Of a stretch of 46,269 nucleotides of DNA, positions 35,010 through 43,670 are shown one piece after another. The notes beneath the pieces are model-generated. The model was not told where the DNA came from. It saw only the letters and a program-made list of their open reading frames with translations, and made no database searches. A program made the position numbers and the translations under genes. The DNA is from Desulfobacteraceae bacterium (GTDB lineage Bacteria; Desulfobacterota; DSM-4660; Desulfatiglandales; Desulfatiglandaceae), in the NCBI GenBank assembly GCA_030666795.1, contig DAOUXC010000001.1, positions 1 through 46,269 of the forward strand, in the 5' to 3' direction. Within the stretch, counting starts at the first letter, position 1; each line of letters begins with the position of its first letter.

Positions 35010-36939
35010 GTGTGCCAGGCATGGCACGTGACTAGCAGGGTGAAAGTCCCTGCACCAGGTGTTCGCGGAGCCTAAGGTTAGGAAAAGGGCAAGGGCGTCG
35101 TCGTGAGGCGGGGTCTGGAGGAAGCCCAATCCAAAGATGCAGGGCGACGAACAGGAACCGGATCTGAGGTGTGGTACATCCGGGACGAGTGGGCACGTGA
35201 CCACGAAGTCCTCCATCCGCAACTGGGGTGTGCTTTATAAATCCGGCGTTTATGCATTGAAAGTTACGTGTCTTACCCTGGGAGATCTCTTATGTGCCCT
35301 GGGATGTCGCGTGCGACGGAAATTGGCTGAGGGGAGAGTAATCGACCCTGACCGCATGAGAGAAGTCAGCAGAAGGCATAGTAGGCGCAAAGCAGGCAAG
35401 GCTAGTGAGACACTCCAATGTCGAAAGACGGAGAAACGGATATGCTGAACCGTAAAGCTGGCGTTCGAAGGCCTGAACGGTTCCCAAAAGGGATTAAATG
35501 ATAGGACTGCAGGACGGAGAGACGAGTGAGCATTAGACCGGCAAAACAATTGTGGTTGCCCTTTGAAATAAAGGGTGGATTGTTCACATTGAAAGCTGAC
35601 ACCGCCAGTCCGGTCGAAGACGAACAGATTATGGAGAAGGTTGTGGACAGGGATAATCTGTTGACAGCCCTCCGTAATGTAAAGCGGAACGGAGGCTCTC
35701 CCGGAATTGATGGTATGACGGTGAAAGAATTGCCCGAATGCCTGAAAAGGAAGTGGCCAAAGATCCGCAGGCAGTTAATGAGTGGAACATATGTTCCACT
35801 TCCGGTAAGGCGAGTTGAAATACCCAAACCCGGGGGAGGGATACGACAGCTGGGTATCCCCACCGTGCTGGACAGATTTATCCAGCAGGCATTATTGCAG
35901 GTACTGCAACAAGAATGGGACGCTACCTTTTCTGAGTTCAGTTATGGATTCAGACCTAAAAGAAGTGCCCATCAAGCCATTAAACAATCTCAAAGGTATC
36001 TCGAACAGGGGTATCGATGGGTAGTTGACATGGACCTTGAGAAGTTTTTCGACCGAGTAAATCATGATAAGCTGATGAGTGAGGTCCAAAAACGTGTTTC
36101 AGATAGAAGGGTAAATACCCTGATCCTGCGTTTTCTGCGATCCGGAATAGAGCATGAGGGCAAGCTTCTTATAACGGAAATGGGAACTCCGCAAGGGGGG
36201 CCGCTTTCACCGTTATTGGCAAACCTGATGCTTGATAATTTGGATCGTGAACTGGAGCATAGAGGCCATCGGTTTGTGCGATATGCAGATGACTGTAACA
36301 TATATATCAAAAGCAAACGCGCGGGATCGAGAGTCCTCCGAAGTATTAGCCTGTTTTTGAGCAGTCACTTGAAGCTTTCAGTTAATGAGGCTAAAAGTGC
36401 TGTAGATCGGCCCTGGAAACGTCAGTTTCTGGGGTTCACCCTCAGCTCTAGGTTGAATAGGCGCATCAGTTCGAAAGCGATCAAACGTTTTAAGAGCAGG
36501 ATTAGAGAAATCACCCGTCGGGTTCGAGGAAGACGCATCGAAGTAATCGTGAGGGAGCTTCGCCGGTTTATGTTAGGCTGGCAGGCGTACTTTAATTTTA
36601 CGGAAGTGCGTTATACCCTAAAAGAGCTGGATTCCTGGATCAAACGGCGTCTTCGATGCTACCTTTGGAAGCAATGGGGACGGCGGGGTTACAGGGAGCT
36701 TCTGAAACGTGGAGTAAGTAGGGATCTTGCTTGGAATACAGCGAAATCGGCGCATGGTCCATGGAGGCTGAGCCGCAGCCCGGGTCTGGCTTTTGCTCTA
36801 CCGGCAAAGTATTTTGCACGTCTAGGATTGCCAAGACTGTTTGTTAAACCGACTTAGTCAACCGAACCGCCGTGGTACGTGATCCGTATGCCCGGTGGTG
36901 TGGGAGGAGGGGAGTCGTGAGGCTCCCCCCTATCCCGAT
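35010..36939 (+). mobile_element. group II intron (ribozyme + RT/maturase ORF), sense orientation in the FmdE-family gene
   Basis: 5' GTGTG at 35010. IEP ORF in domain IV. Domain V-like hairpin about 36865-36898. Domain VI GGGGAGUC-GUGA-GGCUCCCC with bulged A at 36932. 3' end AT at 36938-36939, 7 nt after the bulge. Confidence 0.85.
35526..36857 (+). CDS. group II intron reverse transcriptase/maturase (no endonuclease domain)
   Basis: RT blocks GIDGMTV, RRVEIPKPGGGIRQLGIPTVLDRFIQQA, GTPQGGPLSPLLANL, VRYADDCNIY, plus X/maturase RRFMLGWQAYFNF. Start codon is uncertain. Confidence 0.9.
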   Translation: MSIRPAKQLWLPFEIKGGLFTLKADTASPVEDEQIMEKVVDRDNLLTALRNVKRNGGSPGIDGMTVKELPECLKRKWPKIRRQLMSGTYVPLPVRRVEIPKPGGGIRQLGIPTVLDRFIQQALLQVLQQEWDATFSEFSYGFRPKRSAHQAIKQSQRYLEQGYRWVVDMDLEKFFDRVNHDKLMSEVQKRVSDRRVNTLILRFLRSGIEHEGKLLITEMGTPQGGPLSPLLANLMLDNLDRELEHRGHRFVRYADDCNIYIKSKRAGSRVLRSISLFLSSHLKLSVNEAKSAVDRPWKRQFLGFTLSSRLNRRISSKAIKRFKSRIREITRRVRGRRIEVIVRELRRFMLGWQAYFNFTEVRYTLKELDSWIKRRLRCYLWKQWGRRGYRELLKRGVSRDLAWNTAKSAHGPWRLSRSPGLAFALPAKYFARLGLPRLFVKPT

Positions 36940-37075
36940 TGTCTGCCCCTGCTGCCAAGAGCAGGCCATGGCCACCAAAATTGTGTCGGAAGGGGAGCAT
37001 GCGGGTTTCTGCCTCATCTGCGCGGGCAGGGCACCTCATCAGGTCGAGGGACAGGGGATAGTGGTCGGTCGGTAA
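36940..37075 (+). CDS. FmdE-family protein, exon 2 (C-terminal Cys-rich zinc-ribbon-like tail)
   Basis: Joining 35009 to 36940 gives ...PITES-V-VCPCCQEQAMATKIVSEGEHAGFCLICAGR..., i.e. CxCC...CxxC as expected for FmdE C-termini. Reading frame is restored. Confidence 0.55.
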
Positions 37076-37110
37076 GGGCGCGACAGAAATCGACTGTATT
37101 TTTCAAACGA

Positions 37111-37158
37111 GAGTCTTTACGGGACTGGCTATTTTCCTGTGTTGGAGACTGAAAGTGC
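37111..37158. repeat. direct repeat copy A (left of DUF1007/NicO pair)
   Basis: GAGTCTTTACGGGACTGGCTATTTTCCTGTGTTGGAGACTGAAAGTGC, about 80 percent identical to 38899-38946. Confidence 0.6.
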
Positions 37159-37393
37159 ACAGTATTTGCTTCCGGGACCTTCCCGCCTGTTGTGATCATT
37201 AATCCACGGATTATCCTGAGTTCACATATTTTTTTAATCATGTAGAGGCAGTTTAATCTTTATTTTCTGAGAGTTATTGCCTAATGTGAATAAGAGGGCC
37301 ATGGACAGCAAAGTTCATACTCGAAGGTCTTTGCACGTGTCCCGGGCCGTTACGAAACTTTCTTGAAATTAGGAGGCTATAAATCTCGGGAAA

Positions 37394-37993
37394 ATGAAAG
37401 TTCGACCCCTTATCCTGTCACTTCTCTTTCTCGCATCTGCACTGCCTGAGGCCTACGGGCATCCGCATGTCTTTATCTACAACTCCATAAAAATAGATTT
37501 TGATGAAAAGGGCCTGGCAGGTTTTGAAGTGAACTGGGTTTTTGATGACATGTTCAGTAATATGATCATACATGATTTTGACAAAAACAAAAACGGGCGA
37601 TTTGAACTCTCTGAAATACGGTCTATAAAGAATGGCGCCTTTTCCAATCTAAAAAATTTTGAATATTTTACACATATTAAGATTAACAAAAAAGCGTTTA
37701 AAGTAAAATTTGTTAAAAATTTTTCTGCCGAGATAAAAGATAATATCCTTGTCTATCGATTTTTCGTTCCCTGCCACGTTCGGGCCGCTTCATCATTCAA
37801 GGAAGTCAGGATTTCAATATATGACATCAGCTTTTACAGTAATGTTTTTTTGACAAAGAATCCTGTGGATTTCAGGAACGCGTCACCTTATGAATTGCAT
37901 CACCGAATCGCAAAAAACAAAAAAGATGCCTATTATTATGGACAGGTCTATCCCGAAGAGATCATTATCCGGTTCCGCCGGAAAACTCTTTAA
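37394..37993 (+). CDS. DUF1007 periplasmic protein (partner of NicO/RcnA-like permeases)
   Basis: Signal peptide ...PEAYG|HPHVFIYN, the family-typical mature HPHV N-terminus. 199 aa. Confidence 0.8.
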   Translation: MKVRPLILSLLFLASALPEAYGHPHVFIYNSIKIDFDEKGLAGFEVNWVFDDMFSNMIIHDFDKNKNGRFELSEIRSIKNGAFSNLKNFEYFTHIKINKKAFKVKFVKNFSAEIKDNILVYRFFVPCHVRAASSFKEVRISIYDISFYSNVFLTKNPVDFRNASPYELHHRIAKNKKDAYYYGQVYPEEIIIRFRRKTL

Positions 37994-38888
37994 GGTAATA
38001 ATACTCAGCCTGCTATTACTTCCCTTGTTCTGGCATGCGTTTCCGGCAAAAGCCCAGAATCCCTTTACTTCAAAGCACGACCAACGGCAGGTTTCATCGG
38101 CACCCGGTTTGCCAAATCCATTTCTGGCGAGGATAGCTTTCTGGCAGCAGCAGCTCAAGGAAAAGATGGCCGCACTGACGCGGCAGGCAAAGGAGACGGG
38201 AAGTTTTCGACCCCTGCTCGTCTTGATTATGATCTCCTTTGCTTACGGGGTTTTGCACGCGGCAGGGCCGGGTCACGGCAAGGCAGTGGCCGCTTCCTTC
38301 CTCCTTTCGAGGTCCAGTAAGCCGGGCATGGGCATTTTCTTAGGCAACCTGATAGCCCTTTTTCATGGTTTGTCCGGCGTAGGATTGGTGCTTATCGTAC
38401 ATTTCGCGCTTCAGAAGAGTATTACGGGATCTCTTGAGAGCATGGCCCGCACCACCCAGCTTATTAGTTACAGCCTTATAGTATTACTTGGGACAGTCCT
38501 GCTAACTAAGAGCCTGGTTTCATGGCGCAGGCAAACCGGAAACAAGGGATCGAGCAATAGTGGGCGCTCCGAGGAAAAATTAACGCGTCCAATGGCAGTG
38601 GCCTTTGCCGTGGGTATGGTTCCCTGTCCCGGAATCGTCCTTGTGATGCTTTTCTGCCTGTCTTTGAATGTTATGGGTCTGGGTCTTGTTCTGGCCTTTT
38701 CTGTCACACTGGGAATGGGCATGACTATCTCGGCGGTGGGAATTGTCGTCATTGGGGGCAAAAACCTTGCATTGGGTCTGATGGAACACCGGCGTAAAAT
38801 GGCCGAGAAGATTGAACAGGTCATTGACATAGTCGCCTCCCTCATGGTGATGATATTTGGAATGCTTTTCTTTGCCGCAACAATTTGA
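37926..38888 (+). CDS. NicO/RcnA-like nickel/cobalt transporter (COG2215-type)
   Basis: LHAAGPGHGKAV signature and a second conserved half with MVPCPG, 6-7 TM. Start is uncertain (ATG 37926 or 37938) and overlaps the end of the DUF1007 gene. Confidence 0.72.
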   Translation: MPIIMDRSIPKRSLSGSAGKLFKVIILSLLLLPLFWHAFPAKAQNPFTSKHDQRQVSSAPGLPNPFLARIAFWQQQLKEKMAALTRQAKETGSFRPLLVLIMISFAYGVLHAAGPGHGKAVAASFLLSRSSKPGMGIFLGNLIALFHGLSGVGLVLIVHFALQKSITGSLESMARTTQLISYSLIVLLGTVLLTKSLVSWRRQTGNKGSSNSGRSEEKLTRPMAVAFAVGMVPCPGIVLVMLFCLSLNVMGLGLVLAFSVTLGMGMTISAVGIVVIGGKNLALGLMEHRRKMAEKIEQVIDIVASLMVMIFGMLFFAATI

Positions 38889-38898
38889 ATCCTAATAG

Positions 38899-38946
38899 GA
38901 GTCTTTTAAGGAATGGCTATTTTCCTGCATTGGAGTTTGAAAATGC
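38899..38946. repeat. direct repeat copy B (right of DUF1007/NicO pair; includes the DUF3108 start)
   Basis: GAGTCTTTTAAGGAATGGCTATTTTCCTGCATTGGAGTTTGAAAATGC. Confidence 0.6.
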
Positions 38947-39332
38947 GTCCGGTTTTTATATTAATTGCCATTGCATTTATAGGAGGTATCGGCTTCACCG
39001 AACGATACTGTGCGGCAGAGGACACATTTCCTTTTCATGCCGGTGAAAAGCTTACCCTTCAGGCCAAATGGGGATTTATACCGGCTGGAGAGGCTGTTCT
39101 TGAAGTTCGTCCCGTGGAGAACTTAAATGGCGTTAAATCCCGCCATTTTGTTATGAGCTCAAAGACGTATCCGTTTATTGACTTTTTTTACAAGGTTCGG
39201 GACAGGATCGATTCGTACGTGGACTTGGGAATGACGCATTCCGTTTTTTATAAAAAGCAGAAGCGAGGCAGGAGCAAAAAGGGATTGGGCAGGGTTTATC
39301 CCTGCCCACTAAAAAGAGGCCACTCTGATTAG
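38943..39332 (+). pseudogene. DUF3108-family gene, 3'-truncated
   Basis: Signal peptide plus FPFHAGEKLTLQAKWGFIPAGEAVLEV...FFYKVRDRIDSYVD is the N-terminal half of DUF3108. The ORF then runs into a terminator hairpin and ends at about half the usual family length. Confidence 0.5.
39287..39307. terminator. GC-rich hairpin between convergent genes
   Basis: GGGCAGGG-tttat-CCCTGCCC, flanked by A-runs on plus (T-runs on minus). Confidence 0.5.
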
Positions 39333-39348
39333 GCCTTTGACGGTACCA

Positions 39349-39897
39349 TCATTTTACCGACTTCTGCCATTCCTTTGCAAAGATACCTGCGATTTTGCCT
39401 GTCTGGCTGGGGTCGATTTTCATAGCCTTGGCGACCTCGGCGTACAGACTTTTTCGGTCCCTGTTTTCTGCGTCAACAAGGGCTTTCAGGTTCCTTTTGT
39501 CTTTAAGTCCCAATCCTTTGGTGCTCCCTATGGACAAATACCCGTTTCCCCCCTCTTTAAGCATGCCTTTCCCGTAAAATGGCTTCAATTGGCCGAACCG
39601 GGCTTTCATCTTCTGCTTTAAGGCCCGTATGGTGGGATTGGAAACCGTGACCGCGTCTTCTGCATGGGCAACAGTGCAGAAAAAGGCCAGAATAGTTTGT
39701 CTAAAGAGCGAATCCTTTTGGTTTTTCAAGGATTTGTCTTCTGCACCTCCCTCCTGGCCCCTGATGTCTTTGACAATCTCCCCGGCAACGGATTCCACCT
39801 TTTCCGCAGGGAAATAGATATTAATGGTGACACAGGCAAATATCAGCAATGTGCAAAAAAGGGTAGGAATCCATAAAGTTCTTCGATGAAATTTCAT
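39349..39897 (-). CDS. YdbL (DUF1318)-family protein with an N-terminal YnbE-like lipoprotein module fused in frame
   Basis: The C-terminal 100 aa (TIRALKQKMKARF...VDAENRDRKSLY...IAGIFAKEW) is YdbL-like. Residues 1-65 (lipobox-like LIFAC, VTINIYFP, ...KDSLF) resemble E. coli YnbE. A second signal-like segment ILAFFCTVAHA lies between them. Confidence 0.65.
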   Translation of the reverse strand: MKFHRRTLWIPTLFCTLLIFACVTINIYFPAEKVESVAGEIVKDIRGQEGGAEDKSLKNQKDSLFRQTILAFFCTVAHAEDAVTVSNPTIRALKQKMKARFGQLKPFYGKGMLKEGGNGYLSIGSTKGLGLKDKRNLKALVDAENRDRKSLYAEVAKAMKIDPSQTGKIAGIFAKEWQKSVK

Positions 39898-40054
39898 TTT
39901 AACCCCCTGAAAAAATTATTTGGGACACAGATTTCCGCGGATTCTCTCAGATAAATATTTTTATTTTATCACCGGCCCGCAGGTACACCGCATAATTAAT
40001 TCCGCAGATTGACACCGAGATTGCGGAAAAGGACCATTTCTGGATGGAAACTAA

Positions 40055-43000
40055 CTATTTTATCACCGGCCCCCCGCTTGTAGCAGTAACACGTTTAATC
40101 CTCTTTACCATATCCTTGAAACTGGCGCGATTATCAGGGTTCTGATTTACAATATTTACGCCTGAAAAGCTACCCCTTTTTATTATGTATTCTTTGCCCC
40201 CTTCCCTGATAGTGCCGTTGACCCTGAAAACATCATTCTCCAGAGATGCACGCACACCGATTTTTTTGTAAGGAAACTCCTTAAAAAACGTGGCAAAACC
40301 ACCTGCAATACCCATGAAAGGGCTCTGACCCCCTCCAATCCGGGCGATATTATCCACTGCTTTTACGCTTATCTTTTGGGAAATGCCTTTAGTCTTGACT
40401 GTCTCCAGAAGTAGATCAAATTTCTGCGGTTGGCCGTAGGCCACCTCTAAATTCCTGACATACCCATCGAGGACACCTTCAATCTTCCCGAAGGAGGTTC
40501 CTCCGGTCATTCCAGCCAAACGCAGGGCGTTCATCCGGGCGCTCATTCTAAAAATAGGGGTGGAAGTAAACATCCCTGATGCGCCAAAATCAGAAAGGAT
40601 GATCTCCCCATCAAAAACTCCGGCCTTTATGTTTCCTTGGGTAGTCAAGGTACCCCCTTCAACGTGAATGGGATCCAGTTTTCCATTTATTGTTCCCGTT
40701 ACGGGTTGTTGCCAGATCCCGGACAGAAGGGGTTGAATCTCAACTGCATTCATTGTCAGGCTGGTATTGATTGATGGTTGCGTACCGAAGATATTTTTGC
40801 TTGCCAGGGGGCCGATCCTGGCTCTCCCCCCGGGAATCTTTATTATGGTTGGGGATTTGATTGATAAGGAGTTGGGTCCGGCATTCAATTTCAGGGTCAG
40901 GGGTTGTTCGGGAAGCATGGGAAGGTTCATGGACCGGACGGATAAACTCCCTTTCGTGGTCTCCGTCACCTTTCCACCCTTTTGTGTCCGGTACCAGACA
41001 GGCAGATCAAGCTCAATGCCCTGGAAAGAGAAGTCATTTTCAGTTAATGAAAGCTCCCCGTCATGCCACAGAAAGTGCCCCATGGCCATCAAATCCTTTC
41101 CAATGCCTGTCAGTTTCAGGTCCGCGGAAATGTCGCCTTTTATCTCAAGGGCGGTAAGAACAGGTTTTTCCGTCTGAAAAGGTTCCAGCACAAAAAGGTC
41201 AAAAACCGGTTTCAGGGACGTCTCAGGGATATTAACCGAAAGATCGATTCGTTGATCTCCGGGTCCATGAAAAATGTTCCCATGCATATTAAGCGCCAGG
41301 ATATCTTTTATTCCGAGATTCAGACCGGATAATTGCAGGAATTTCTTAGACAGATCATATGCCGCATCACAGGAACAAAAAAACCGATTGCTGTTCAGGT
41401 CCAGATAAAAACGATCATACAGGGCCTCGCCCCCGTTGACCTCAAGGGAGGCCTTGGCAGTTAGAAAAGTCTTCTTCAGGTCAATCTCACCGGCAATCTG
41501 TGCATTCAGAGAGATTTTTTCTCCCGCACAGCTTGAGTCCCGGTTTTCAAAGCCAACCTCTTGAAGCCCTATTTCAGATATAAACGACCAGGTCTTCTTT
41601 TGTTTTTGACTGGCCCTTATCTGAATGGAATCGATCCCGCTGATTTGCCAGCCATCAGGGATCATGTTCAGGGCACGGGCCGATTCCATGATATGGGTTT
41701 GTTTTCCCTTGATGGCGACAGAGAGCCTTTCCCCTTCAACCCTCAAGGCCAACAAAAGATTTTTCAACAGGGAGGATTCCAGACGGACCTCGGGGAGATG
41801 GAGCGATCTCTTTTTCGCGTCAAGCGTCCCTTTTGTGATATTTATCCCGATATCATCAATCAGGATATCCTTTTCCCCTGTCCGCATTCTTGCCTGGGGA
41901 ATATTCGCTTTTAACTCCTCTATCTCAAAAACCGGATATTTACCGGAAAACGACAGACCCACTGTAGAGGGTTTCAGAACCACCCCTTTGCCCGACAAAA
42001 CGCTTTTATCACTATTCATTTTAACGGCAATCTTTATGTCCGGGAATACCCCTTGAGCCCGAATGTCCCCGGTTATATAGCTACTCATCTTCATCTCTTC
42101 AGCCGCATAGGAAAACCGGTTTTCCTTGACCCGTGCCTGAAGATCACAATCCAGGTCCCATGCCTTTTCTTGCTTCATTCCCTTTATTATGCCGTGCAAA
42201 AGGACGGGTCCTGATAAAGTGACGGGCTTAATTTGCGACTTGAGTTCGGAAGGAACGAAGGGCAGCGCTTTTTCGGGCAAGACATGGCCATCTGAGAGTT
42301 CAAGCCTGAAAAAGGTTTCAGTTCCAAGGCCCGCATTTATTTTGCCCTTGAATCCGGCGACATCGGAAACGGTCAGATGAAAATGGGCAACGTCTAATTC
42401 GGTTTTCCCTACATCAAAATACCCTTGTGTTTTGAGATTCAGATTTAAAGGTGATATCTCTGTTTCAGATGCCTGTTTAAGGACTGCCCCACTAAATAAA
42501 ACGTGCAAGGGCTCAAAGGTCACTATCTTAAGGTTGTGGTTGTAAATGAGTTTTGCCTTTGCCTCAATTTTTCTTATACTCGCATCAGGATTCTTCAGGG
42601 ACATGTCCTTAAAATGGATGCCCGCAAGATCAATGGCCAGGCTTTTTTGGGTACGGTTGAAGATAGCTTTTGCCATTATTCCCATGCTTTTTACGTTGGC
42701 ATCGGGGCTTTGAAAAACTGCTTCTTTTCCCGTCAGGTGACAACGCATTTCCGGATCCACAAGAGATATGGCACGGTCCGTGGTGATAAGAAGATGAGGA
42801 GCTGTGAACCGTATTTCCCGGGAAGGCCATAGAAACTGAGCCTCGCATGAAATCTCTACAAGGTGATCCTCATTCAGATGAGCATGGATTCCGCTGAGCC
42901 GAACGGCCTGTTTGTCGGTTTGGGCTACCATATGGCCATTTGAAATTTGCGCGGCTTGAAACCGGATGTCCCTGAACAGGAAAAAGGCTGCAAGCCTTTT

Positions 43001-43423
43001 TACAACACTAACAAGTGATGTGGGTGGGGTTGTCTTGCTCTCAATTTTCGGCAGGACCATGTCATGAGAGACACGGCAGGAAAACCCGTCAATCTTGAGT
43101 TTTTTAAAGATGAGGCTTTTGCTTCCGAACGTCCCCTCCAGGGTCATATCCGCTGTGAGTTCGGGAATCTCAAGATGGAAACCGCGATGATCCTCGCCCG
43201 GCTCGAACATGATCCCCTCTGCCCTTATCCTCAAGGGTTTGATGGAATAGGACAGTTTCTCGATTTTAAATGAAGTATGTGTGGTGCGGGCAATCGATTT
43301 TTCGATGAATTCCTTTACAGCAGCAGGATGGTGATAAAAATAAAGGCCAATACCGCAAAGAGAGGCAATAAAAAGCAGGACAATAATAAAAAAAGTGAGG
43401 AGGATCTTCCTTTTAATTTTCAT
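40055..43423 (-). CDS. YdbH-like AsmA-family envelope protein
   Basis: 1122 aa. N-terminal TM anchor, long beta-rich body, conserved C-terminal block (...VRASLENDVFRVNGTIREGGKEYIIKRG). Synteny with ynbE/ydbL-like gene downstream, as in E. coli ydbH-ynbE-ydbL. Confidence 0.7.
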   Translation of the reverse strand: MKIKRKILLTFFIIVLLFIASLCGIGLYFYHHPAAVKEFIEKSIARTTHTSFKIEKLSYSIKPLRIRAEGIMFEPGEDHRGFHLEIPELTADMTLEGTFGSKSLIFKKLKIDGFSCRVSHDMVLPKIESKTTPPTSLVSVVKRLAAFFLFRDIRFQAAQISNGHMVAQTDKQAVRLSGIHAHLNEDHLVEISCEAQFLWPSREIRFTAPHLLITTDRAISLVDPEMRCHLTGKEAVFQSPDANVKSMGIMAKAIFNRTQKSLAIDLAGIHFKDMSLKNPDASIRKIEAKAKLIYNHNLKIVTFEPLHVLFSGAVLKQASETEISPLNLNLKTQGYFDVGKTELDVAHFHLTVSDVAGFKGKINAGLGTETFFRLELSDGHVLPEKALPFVPSELKSQIKPVTLSGPVLLHGIIKGMKQEKAWDLDCDLQARVKENRFSYAAEEMKMSSYITGDIRAQGVFPDIKIAVKMNSDKSVLSGKGVVLKPSTVGLSFSGKYPVFEIEELKANIPQARMRTGEKDILIDDIGINITKGTLDAKKRSLHLPEVRLESSLLKNLLLALRVEGERLSVAIKGKQTHIMESARALNMIPDGWQISGIDSIQIRASQKQKKTWSFISEIGLQEVGFENRDSSCAGEKISLNAQIAGEIDLKKTFLTAKASLEVNGGEALYDRFYLDLNSNRFFCSCDAAYDLSKKFLQLSGLNLGIKDILALNMHGNIFHGPGDQRIDLSVNIPETSLKPVFDLFVLEPFQTEKPVLTALEIKGDISADLKLTGIGKDLMAMGHFLWHDGELSLTENDFSFQGIELDLPVWYRTQKGGKVTETTKGSLSVRSMNLPMLPEQPLTLKLNAGPNSLSIKSPTIIKIPGGRARIGPLASKNIFGTQPSINTSLTMNAVEIQPLLSGIWQQPVTGTINGKLDPIHVEGGTLTTQGNIKAGVFDGEIILSDFGASGMFTSTPIFRMSARMNALRLAGMTGGTSFGKIEGVLDGYVRNLEVAYGQPQKFDLLLETVKTKGISQKISVKAVDNIARIGGGQSPFMGIAGGFATFFKEFPYKKIGVRASLENDVFRVNGTIREGGKEYIIKRGSFSGVNIVNQNPDNRASFKDMVKRIKRVTATSGGPVIK

Positions 43424-43508
43424 CAGTTAATGTCTCGTGAATTCGTCAAAAAGTCAGCCACTCTCATATTGACAACCTCATAAAAAGTCGCTCCGGATCT
43501 TTTTACTC

Positions 43509-43600
43509 GGCGGGGGAGGGCTACCCCTCCCCCGCCATTTGAAGTGAATTCAAATGGTTCCACCCCTACCCCAGGCCGGGGCTTAACCGCCCTCGGCCTG
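43509..43600. other. cluster of three strong hairpins
   Basis: GGCGGGGGAGGG/CCCTCCCCCGCC (12 bp), CCATTTGAA/TTCAAATGG (9 bp), CAGGCCGGGGC/GCCC-t-CGGCCTG (11 bp). Confidence 0.5.
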
Positions 43601-43670
43601 TCGATGGACTCTTTACGATTCCATCAATATTGCACATTCTGACCGAGGACCAAAATTTTGGATGTCGGAA

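Noticed and set aside
35526-36857. Reverse transcriptase as part of a retron or diversity-generating retroelement.
   Set aside because: It has the group II maturase X motif and is embedded between GTGTG-start ribozyme domains and DV/DVI. No template/variable repeat pair or msr/msd-like inverted repeats are seen.
36895-37152. 85-aa ORF as an alternative exon-2 reading frame. ORFs inside the intron ribozyme region (35137..35448, 35402..35863) were also considered.
   Set aside because: The translation is Gly/Arg-rich with no FmdE-like features. The frame giving CxCC...CxxC is restored by consensus intron boundaries. The ribozyme-region ORFs overlap structured intron RNA.
39898-40054. A separate ynbE small ORF between the ydbH-like and ydbL-like genes.
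   Set aside because: The only in-frame ATG ORF there is 10 codons (MRCTCGPVIK), which reflects a duplicated ydbH 3' end. The YnbE-like sequence is instead at the N-terminus of 39349..39897.
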